Shown here in pieces: positions 8,539 to 15,302 of a stretch of 15,717 bases of DNA (its first letter is position 1; each line of letters starts with the position of its first letter). Position numbers and translations under genes: made by a program. The notes beneath the pieces are model-generated. The model saw only the letters and a list, made by a program, of their open reading frames with translations, had not been told where the DNA came from and did not search any database. The DNA is from an uncultured archaeon (GTDB taxonomy: Archaea; Asgardarchaeota; Lokiarchaeia; Sigyniarchaeales; SOKP01): NCBI GenBank assembly GCA_964583985.1, contig CAZOYD010000074.1, positions 1-15,717 of the forward strand, given 5' to 3'.

Positions 8539-9654
8539 ATGCCAACATGCCATAGGGTTTATTATAAGAAAGCACAAAAAATGGAAGAAATTGAAGACAG
8601 TTCTATTGCTTTAGTTATCACTTCACCTCCTTATCCGATGATAGAAATGTGGGATGAGATTTTTGCACTTCAGAATGAAGAGATTAAAGTAGCTTTGGAA
8701 GTTGGAGATGCTTCATTAGCATTTGAAAAGATGCATAAGGAGCTTGATAAAGTATGGTCCGAATTATATAGAATTTTGAAACCAGGTGGAATAATTTGCA
8801 TCAATATAGGAGACACTACGCGAACAGTAAATAAGAACTTTCAACTTTTTCCCTCTCATTCAAGAATTATTAATGCTTTTCAAAAACTTGGTTTCCAAAA
8901 TCTACCCGAAATATTATGGAGGAAACAAACTAATGCACCAAATAAATTTATGGGGTCAGGAATGTTTCCACCTGGAGCTTATATTACACTAGAACACGAA
9001 TATATCTTGATTTTCCGAAAGGGTGAAAAAAGAGAATTTAAATCAAAAGCTTTAAAGGAAAATAGAAGAGAAAGTGCATATTTTTGGGAAGAAAGAAATA
9101 TTTGGTTTTCAGATTTATGGGATTTTAAAGGAATTTCACAGGGACTAAACAATAAAGAAACTCGTAAAAGGAGTGCGGCTTACCCATTCGAACTAGCATT
9201 TAGATTAATAAACATGTTTTCAGTAAGGAATGACACGATTCTTGATCCTTTTCTTGGGACTGGAACGAGCTCATTGGCAGCTATGGTTTCAGAGAGAAAT
9301 AGTATTGGATATGAAATCGATAAGAATTTAAAAGAGAATATTAAAGAACGGTTTCTTCAAGTAATTCCATTTGGAAATAAATATATTGAAAATAGGCTTA
9401 ACTCCCATATTTCATTTATCACTGAAAGAATAAATGAAAAGGGACCGACAAAATATATAAATGAAAACTTAAATGTCTCAGTTATTACGAGTCAAGAAAA
9501 GGATTTAAAAATTAATATACTAAAATCAATTAAAGAGATTGACCAAGAATTTGTATTGAAATATAAGCAAATTGAATATAATTCAACATCGGATGACTTA
9601 AATAACAAAAAATTAATAGAAAAGAAATCTGCGTTGGATAAGTGGATTTCCTAA
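8539..9654 (+). CDS. Type II site-specific DNA methyltransferase, beta class, probably N4-cytosine (M.MthZI/M.MjaI-like)
   Basis: Motif IV ITSPPY precedes motif I DPFLGTGT (beta order), and SPPY is typical of m4C enzymes. Convergent with an MjaI-family endonuclease. TTTATAAA at 8508-8515 suggests a leaderless mRNA. Confidence 0.93.
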   Translation: MPTCHRVYYKKAQKMEEIEDSSIALVITSPPYPMIEMWDEIFALQNEEIKVALEVGDASLAFEKMHKELDKVWSELYRILKPGGIICINIGDTTRTVNKNFQLFPSHSRIINAFQKLGFQNLPEILWRKQTNAPNKFMGSGMFPPGAYITLEHEYILIFRKGEKREFKSKALKENRRESAYFWEERNIWFSDLWDFKGISQGLNNKETRKRSAAYPFELAFRLINMFSVRNDTILDPFLGTGTSSLAAMVSERNSIGYEIDKNLKENIKERFLQVIPFGNKYIENRLNSHISFITERINEKGPTKYINENLNVSVITSQEKDLKINILKSIKEIDQEFVLKYKQIEYNSTSDDLNNKKLIEKKSALDKWIS

Positions 9655-9657
9655 ATT

Positions 9658-10275
9658 TTAAAATAGAGTAGTTTGTTTTTTAGTTTTATAGAATTTATCC
9701 GGAATCTCAAAATTAATCCTATCCTTTTTTTTATCATAATAAATGATATCAATATTGATTTCTTCAGGTAATGCTTTTTTTTGCTTGTGGGTAATAGGTT
9801 TTATCTGAACTGGAGTTTCGTCTATAAATCCATCAATATTCTTTGATTCTTCTTCCGGGTATGCTAATCTTGTTTTGACTTTTAAATCCTCTCCTAATTT
9901 CTTGAGTATGATGTTTTGAATCTTTAATCCGAAGAAAGTTTTATTATATACTAAATCTTTAGCCCATTTTTCAATCATTTCGTCATTAATTAAATGAATT
10001 GCTTGCTTAAGGTTCTCCACCATTACGCTAATTCTACTTACAGCATTAGATATAGCAGTGGGATATTTTTCTTCATACCAAGAAACCCAATCTTCAAATG
10101 TTTCACCCTCAAAGTGTTGGATTAATTCTGATAGTTGACCTACAACTTTGGGTCTAGTACCTTGTGAATTTTGATTTGCTAGATTCATTATTTGGGTTGT
10201 ATACTTTGGAAATTCTTCTATCTTTATTTTAAATAATTTATAGATTTCTTCATTTTTTAAAACTAATTTAATCAA
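9658..10275 (-). CDS. MjaI/MthZI-family type II restriction endonuclease
   Basis: FPKYTTQIMNLANQNSQGTRPKVVGQLSELI N-terminus and a PD-(D/E)xK-like IDGFIDETPVQIKP. 205 aa, TTG start with AAGGTGGG SD, tail-to-tail with the MTase (3-nt gap). Confidence 0.88.
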   Translation of the reverse strand: MIKLVLKNEEIYKLFKIKIEEFPKYTTQIMNLANQNSQGTRPKVVGQLSELIQHFEGETFEDWVSWYEEKYPTAISNAVSRISVMVENLKQAIHLINDEMIEKWAKDLVYNKTFFGLKIQNIILKKLGEDLKVKTRLAYPEEESKNIDGFIDETPVQIKPITHKQKKALPEEINIDIIYYDKKKDRINFEIPDKFYKTKKQTTLF

Positions 10276-10330
10276 ATCCCACCTTATTTTTTTATTTTCT
10301 GGTGAAAATTTGATTTGTTAAGATTTAATA

Positions 10331-10419
10331 ATGTCTAATGAAATAGTTAGATTTCATAAGATATAATTAGATTTATAATGATCTCATTAGGAATTTTATA
10401 AAATGATAACAATTATCAT
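10331..10419. promoter_or_regulatory. Divergent REase/wHTH promoter region with inverted-repeat operators
   Basis: TCTAATGAAAT-N6-ATTTCATAAGA at 10334-10361 (10/11 match). Third half-site ATCTCATTAG at 10381-10390. Palindromic TATA ATTTTATAAAAT at 10393-10404. ATGATAA-CAA-TTATCAT at 10403-10419. Confidence 0.55.
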
Positions 10420-10425
10420 AATTTT

Positions 10426-10695
10426 ATGGAAAAGATAACATATTTGATTAGTGATATTTTAAAGCTAAAAATATTATATGCCCTCCAAGATAAAAAATTT
10501 CATACTCCATCAGAATTATCTATAAAGTTAAACACAAACGGTACAACCCTATTGAGGAATTGTAAATTTCTAAAACTTTTGAAACTTGTAGAAATTGATG
10601 TTAAAAAAACTAAGGGTATAAATTACTTTTTAAAATTATCTGAAAAAGGTCAAGATTTTGTACAAGATCATCCCAAAATACTTCAAGATATCTAA
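10426..10695 (+). CDS. Small winged helix-turn-helix (ArsR/MarR-like) DNA-binding protein
   Basis: LKILYAL...TPSELSIKL.TNGTTLLRNCKFLKLLKLVEI...YFLKLSEKGQ is the wHTH pattern. Divergent from the REase gene. Confidence 0.8.
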   Translation: MEKITYLISDILKLKILYALQDKKFHTPSELSIKLNTNGTTLLRNCKFLKLLKLVEIDVKKTKGINYFLKLSEKGQDFVQDHPKILQDI

Positions 10696-10713
10696 TTTGA
10701 ATCTTTTTTAATA

Positions 10714-10878
10714 CTAATATTCGATAAAAGAGAACTTTTTTTCCGATTCTTCTTCTATTTGGAACTCGTTCTTAAAATTGTTTATGACAGTATCTAAGAA
10801 TTTCTTAAAAATATCTGAATTTTGGTCAAAATCTTCATTAAGTTTGAATGAAAAACTCATTTTTATTATTTTAGTCAT
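10714..10878 (-). CDS. Possible 54-aa hypothetical protein
   Basis: Hand translation MTKIIKMSFSFKLNEDFDQNSDIFKKFLDTVINNFKNEFQIEEESEKKFSFIEY. Fills the gap convergent with the wHTH gene, with an AT-rich TATA-like element ~25-30 nt upstream. Below the ORF-track cutoff. Confidence 0.45.
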   Translation of the reverse strand: MTKIIKMSFSFKLNEDFDQNSDIFKKFLDTVINNFKNEFQIEEESEKKFSFIEY

Positions 10879-11038
10879 TTGATAACCACTTACTCACAAG
10901 ATCTTTTAATTAATAGGAACACGGCAAATTCTTTTGTTCTACATTAATGAGTTTAATTAGAACTTAAATATTTATACTACACTTAAAAATATATATTTCA
11001 TATGAGAGAAGTTAAATTGTAGAGGAGTGGAATAAAAT

Positions 11039-11082
11039 ATAACCGCTAATTTGATCAAATTATTGCTTGAATTAACGGTTAT
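11039..11082. repeat. Imperfect 20-4-20 inverted repeat with an overlapping perfect 16-bp palindrome, downstream of kamA
   Basis: ATAACCGCTAATTTGATCAA-ATTA-TTGCTTGAATTAACGGTTAT (16/20 match). TAATTTGATCAAATTA at 11047-11062. On the minus strand it is followed by ATTTTATT. Confidence 0.5.
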
Positions 11083-11131
11083 TAAAAGGGAGTTAAATAA
11101 TTAAGAGTGTAATATGTAAATCAATAATTTT

Positions 11132-12370
11132 TCATTTGGATAAGTTTCTTTTTCTGATATTTCTCTCCAAATCTTCAGGTTCTATTGTTATCTTTTCACC
11201 ACTTAGTAATGCTGATACACCAATTTGTTTTTCGCAATTTTCACAATGACAAATTGGTACATAATCTTTAGGTTCTTCATAGGTAGTAATGACACCTTCA
11301 AAATTCCTAAGTACAACCCGACTATTTCCTTGAGAAATTGTATAATCAGGCATAACAGGGATTTTACCTCCTCCGCCCGGAGCATCCACAACGAATGTGG
11401 GAACGCAAAGACCAGAAGTATGTCCTCTAAGACCCTCAATAATTTCAATGCCTTGAGCTACACTCGTACGAAAATGTCCGAGTCCAACAGATAAATCACA
11501 CTGATATATATAATAAGGTCTTACTCTTATCTTAACTAAATCTTGAACCAGTTTCTTCATAATATGAATACAATCATTAACTCCTCTCAAAAGAACTGAC
11601 TGATTTCCTAGAGGAATACCCGCATCAGCTAACATTGCGCAAGCCCGAGTGGAATCTTCTGTGATTTCATTTGGATGGTTAAAATGAGTATTAAACCAAA
11701 TAGGGTGATGCTGCTTTAGCATTTCACATAAGTCAGGAGTAATCCTTTGGGGCATAACTACAGGAGTTCTTGAACCTATTCTGATAATCTCAACATGAGG
11801 AATTTCTTTCAAATTAATTATAATTTCTTCTAACAACTTATCTGAAATTAGCAATGCATCACCTCCAGATAAAAGAACATCCCTTATAGAAGGGGTTTCT
11901 TTAATATATTCAATACATTTTTCAATTTGGTCTTTTGGAGGGGCCTTGTCATGATGTCCTGCAAATCTCCTTCGAGTACAATGTCTACAATACATGCTAC
12001 AATTCTCTGTTACGAGGAACAGAACTCTGTCGGGATAACGGTGGGTTAAACCAGGCACTGGAGAGTCAACTTCCTCATGAAGGGGATCCTCTAAATCACC
12101 TAGCTCTCTATGGAGTTCATGAATAGTTGGAATTGCTTGTTTGCGTATAGGATCATATGGATCGTGAGGATCTATTAAGGATAAATAATAGGGGGTGATA
12201 GCCATTCTCATTTTTTCTAAGATCCTTGGATCATCTTCTTCCTTCATCAATGGGATATATTGTTTCACTTCTTCGAGAGTTGTTATCCTATTTTTGAATT
12301 GCCATCTCCAATTATTCCAATCCTCATCTGAAATATGCCCAAATATTTCTTTTCGTCTATTTACTCTCAT
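11132..12370 (-). CDS. kamA: L-lysine 2,3-aminomutase (radical SAM, PLP)
   Basis: CSMYCRHCTRRR (CxxxCxxC), LTHRYPDRVL, LLSGGDAL, PLP lysine in DAPGGGGKIP, C-terminal Zn ligands CHCENC. Confidence 0.97.
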   Translation of the reverse strand: MRVNRRKEIFGHISDEDWNNWRWQFKNRITTLEEVKQYIPLMKEEDDPRILEKMRMAITPYYLSLIDPHDPYDPIRKQAIPTIHELHRELGDLEDPLHEEVDSPVPGLTHRYPDRVLFLVTENCSMYCRHCTRRRFAGHHDKAPPKDQIEKCIEYIKETPSIRDVLLSGGDALLISDKLLEEIIINLKEIPHVEIIRIGSRTPVVMPQRITPDLCEMLKQHHPIWFNTHFNHPNEITEDSTRACAMLADAGIPLGNQSVLLRGVNDCIHIMKKLVQDLVKIRVRPYYIYQCDLSVGLGHFRTSVAQGIEIIEGLRGHTSGLCVPTFVVDAPGGGGKIPVMPDYTISQGNSRVVLRNFEGVITTYEEPKDYVPICHCENCEKQIGVSALLSGEKITIEPEDLERNIRKRNLSK

Positions 12371-12474
12371 GATGATTACTAATTATCGTAACTATTTTAA
12401 ATTAAGAAGTCTTATTTGTTAAGGTTTGGGAGTATGTGGGACAAATTCCCCATTATTAAAATTAATTGAATATT

Positions 12475-12918
12475 TTAGGGGAATTTTGACTTAAATTCTT
12501 CACTTCGACGAATCATTCTGTCTAAGACATTAAAAAAAAAGTTTAATTCGTCTTCATTAAATTCTTGTTTTATTAAATCAAAACTCATTAATCTGTTTTG
12601 CATAAAAGTCATATATAATTCTTTTCCTTCTGAAGTTAAGGTCAATTTTTTCAATCTTCCATCATCTTTTGATAAATTTCGCTTCACAAGTCCATTTCTA
12701 ACTAGTTTATCAATTCTTCTCGTTGCTGTACTGGGGATAACTTTCAAATAATTTATTATATCTTTCATGAAGCATTCCTCTTTCTTTCCGATATAATTTA
12801 TTAAGAAAATACCAATACCGATATGTTTATCTTTATAAGTTAAATTTTCTACCCCTTGAATAATTATACTCATAAAGCGGTTTAATATTTCAAAAAGACG
12901 TTCTTTTTCAGTTTCCAT
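12475..12918 (-). CDS. MarR-family transcriptional regulator
   Basis: MKDIINYLKVIPSTATRRIDKLVRNGLVKRNLSKDDGRLKKLTLTSEGK is a MarR wHTH with a DxR wing. ATG 12918 (147 aa) is preferred because the longer ORF (to 12987) runs across the divergent promoter. Confidence 0.9.
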   Translation of the reverse strand: METEKERLFEILNRFMSIIIQGVENLTYKDKHIGIGIFLINYIGKKEECFMKDIINYLKVIPSTATRRIDKLVRNGLVKRNLSKDDGRLKKLTLTSEGKELYMTFMQNRLMSFDLIKQEFNEDELNFFFNVLDRMIRRSEEFKSKFP

Positions 12919-12953
12919 TATAGAGAAATAAATATTATTGATAAATAAATCTT

Positions 12954-12984
12954 TTGCATTTATACAATATTTGCAAAAACGCAA
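12954..12984. promoter_or_regulatory. Tandem 14-bp palindromic operators, candidate MarR sites
   Basis: TTGCATTTATACAA (12954-12967) and TTGCAAAAACGCAA (12971-12984) both fit TTGC-N6-RCAA. They lie between the divergent genes, next to TTTAAAATA (12987-12995). Confidence 0.6.
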
Positions 12985-13038
12985 CATTTAAAATATCGGA
13001 TCAATTTCATTTTATTATCTATTAAGGTGATATTTAAA

Positions 13039-14124
13039 ATGAATTCAGTAGAAGGTAGTAAAGCACCTAGACGGATGCAAGGGAAATTACAAGGAAAAGA
13101 TGAAATTATTTTTTTAGAACAATGCCGAAAATTTCCTGATCTTGTAATCCCTTCTCATCATGATTCACCTCAAGAAGGATTTGCTTACATATTTGATAGA
13201 ATTAGCGATCCAGAGTCAGATAAAATGCCATCCATGATTCAAATGAGAGGTGTAAGAGGGATGCTTCGATTTATGCGTGTATTTATGAAATATGGAAGCA
13301 AATTGTTGCGAGGAAGGAAGCAATCTTATACAGATATAAAACCCTATCTCTTAGATTTAGACCAAAATGGAAAGTATACAATGGAAACAAATGTCGATGA
13401 ACTACTTAATTCTTATCCAAATAAAGAATTATGGCTCGAACTTCAGGAGTACGCTAAAAATGAATGGAATATTTTAAAAATTGGTTTTACAGAATTACCA
13501 ACACAATTAATTTTTAGAAATAAAGTGGTTTTGTTTCGATATGCTCTTGTCTTCATGCAAGAAATGAATAAGGAAAAGATTGATAAAGCTCCAGGGATTA
13601 AGGCAGGAGACGAGACTATAAAGATTTATGCAGAATTAGGAGAGGCAGTTGCAGATATTGCAAATTGGCTTCGTTCAAAAGGAATAAGATCTCAAGCTGT
13701 TCATCCATTAGGGGGACTTGTATGCTTGCCTCCACTCGCAGGCAAAGCGGGAATGGGAGGTCAGGGGATGCATGGATTTTTAGTTACACCTGAATTCGGG
13801 TCAAGACAACGATTATCACCCATATTTATTGAAGAAAAGATCTTTGAATATACTGATAATGATGATCATAAATGGATTGAGCAATATTGTGAATCTTGCC
13901 GACTCTGTCAAAAAAATTGCCCAGTCGATGCCATACTTGATGAAAAAGTCGTTTCAGTTACGAATATTCCTGGAATTGGAGCATTAAGATCTTGTATTGA
14001 TAGAATGAAATGCTTTCCTTATTTTGGAAAAACAGTAGGATGTTCGGTTTGTGTTAAAGTATGCCCTTTTTCAAATGGCGGGGACACTTATGAAAAATTA
14101 AAAAAAACGATTGTTAAGAACTAG
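13039..14124 (+). CDS. Reductive dehalogenase-like cobalamin/2x[4Fe-4S] protein, no Tat signal
   Basis: IYAELGEAVADIANWLRSKG, AGKAGMGGQGMHGFLVTPEFGSRQRL, CESCRLCQKNCP and C-x9-CSVCVKVCP match the RdhA/QueG superfamily. The QueG DYH motif is missing. GTG 13027 is part of a GGTGA SD, so the likely start is ATG 13039. Confidence 0.75.
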   Translation: MNSVEGSKAPRRMQGKLQGKDEIIFLEQCRKFPDLVIPSHHDSPQEGFAYIFDRISDPESDKMPSMIQMRGVRGMLRFMRVFMKYGSKLLRGRKQSYTDIKPYLLDLDQNGKYTMETNVDELLNSYPNKELWLELQEYAKNEWNILKIGFTELPTQLIFRNKVVLFRYALVFMQEMNKEKIDKAPGIKAGDETIKIYAELGEAVADIANWLRSKGIRSQAVHPLGGLVCLPPLAGKAGMGGQGMHGFLVTPEFGSRQRLSPIFIEEKIFEYTDNDDHKWIEQYCESCRLCQKNCPVDAILDEKVVSVTNIPGIGALRSCIDRMKCFPYFGKTVGCSVCVKVCPFSNGGDTYEKLKKTIVKN

Positions 14125-14133
14125 AATTATTTT

Positions 14134-15171
14134 TTAAATATACTTCTCTTCAAAAATAGTTCTTAATTTTTTTGAATTTCTTAGTAAATCCAAAGTAATT
14201 TCAGCATGATCTTTAGTATATCCATTGCCTATTATCATAGTTACATCTTTACCTACCCCCTCAGCTCCAAGAGCTGCTTTTGTAAAACTTGTCGCCATCG
14301 AGAAAAAGTACACGATTCCACCATCTTTTACGGGTAATATACATGACATTTCAACACTCGGAATGGATAAACAATTGATAGAAATATCAACTTCTTTTCC
14401 ACCATTAGCTTTCAAAGTTTCTTCTAGGATATTGACTGGATTTTGTACAGCTGCGATAATTATTTTATCACAAAAATTTGTATCTTTGAGGAATTGGGCT
14501 CTATTTTCATTTCTAGCTTGACCGATTACTATTCCTTTAGAACCAACCATTTGTTTTGCCATGCAAGAGCACATTAATCCAGATTTTCCAGTTGCTCCTA
14601 AAATCAAAACACAATCCCCAGGATGTACTAATTTTTTTACTTGAGCCGGTGCTCCTGCTACATCAAGAGCTGCTAAAGCGAGGGTATCTTCCATATCTTC
14701 GGGAAGTTTAGCGTAAATACCACTTTCAAAAAGAATTGCATTTCCCTCAATTTCAACTCGATCTATATTAGGGATAACTTTCTTTATTTTATTTATCTTT
14801 AGGGGAGTTAATGAGAGTGAAACCAAGGTAGCAATTTTATCTCCAACTTTTAGATCTATTTTATTAAATAACTTAGATCCAATCTCTTGTACTCTACCTA
14901 TTAACATTCCTCCCGATCCTGTCACTGGATTCTGCATCTTTCCTCTTTGATTAACGATTTCGAGAATCCTAGTTTTTATATTCTCTATTTCTCCGTTCGC
15001 TTCTTCTTTTAATTGTGTAAAACTTGCAGAATCGATATTTAAATAGTCCACATCAATCAAAATCTCATTATCATATATTTCCATATCATTTGAAATTTTA
15101 ATAGCTGGTTGAGGTAAAGATCCTTTAGGTTCAATTACTCTATGAGTACCATATAGGGTGCCCTTTTTCAT
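14134..15171 (-). CDS. kdd: L-erythro-3,5-diaminohexanoate dehydrogenase
   Basis: YGTHRVIEPKGSLPQPA, LNIDSASFTQ, RGKMQNPVTGSGGMLIG, ATLVSLSLTPL, LDVAGAPAQ and FTKAALGAEGVGKDV. GGAGA SD, same strand as the kam genes. Confidence 0.95.
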   Translation of the reverse strand: MKKGTLYGTHRVIEPKGSLPQPAIKISNDMEIYDNEILIDVDYLNIDSASFTQLKEEANGEIENIKTRILEIVNQRGKMQNPVTGSGGMLIGRVQEIGSKLFNKIDLKVGDKIATLVSLSLTPLKINKIKKVIPNIDRVEIEGNAILFESGIYAKLPEDMEDTLALAALDVAGAPAQVKKLVHPGDCVLILGATGKSGLMCSCMAKQMVGSKGIVIGQARNENRAQFLKDTNFCDKIIIAAVQNPVNILEETLKANGGKEVDISINCLSIPSVEMSCILPVKDGGIVYFFSMATSFTKAALGAEGVGKDVTMIIGNGYTKDHAEITLDLLRNSKKLRTIFEEKYI

Positions 15172-15302
15172 ATTTTTATCTCCAAGACAAGTTGATTTGA
15201 TCTATACAATATTAAGTTTAATAAGAATTTTTCTTACAGCCTTCAAATTCTAAAAATATTTATTTAGATTGATGACCAAATATAATTCATTGGTGATTAT
15301 AA

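Noticed and set aside
10334-10361. dif/Xer recombination site (11-6-11 layout)
   Set aside because: The arms lack the ATAA-N6-TTAT core typical of dif sites, and a third half-site nearby favours an operator.
10404-10418. Fur box (TGATAAC-A-ATTATCA, one mismatch to the 7-1-7 consensus)
   Set aside because: No iron-related genes nearby, a probable archaeal host and very AT-rich DNA. Better explained as an operator of the adjacent wHTH.
11037-11084. Integron attC site (AAC...GTT ends)
   Set aside because: Only ~48 bp, the spacer region is paired rather than unpaired, no extrahelical-base pattern, and no second attC or integrase in the window.
11132-12370. kamA as ablA (N-acetyl-beta-lysine osmolyte synthesis) or epmB (EF-P modification)
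   Set aside because: No ablB acetyltransferase or efp/epmA nearby. Co-oriented kdd and kamBDE point to fermentation.
13039-14124. Epoxyqueuosine reductase QueG, or a Tat-exported respiratory RdhA
   Set aside because: No DYH motif or tRNA-modification context. The N-terminal PRR is not followed by a hydrophobic region, and no rdhB is adjacent.
11203-14521. ORFs 11203-11448, 11225-11494, 11935-12126, 12195-12422 and 14225-14521
   Set aside because: Out-of-frame or antisense overlaps of kamA and kdd with no independent evidence.
15200-15270. Short palindromes between kdd and the hydratase gene (e.g. TAAGAA-N3-TTCTTA)
   Set aside because: Six-bp AT-rich arms are expected by chance at this base composition.
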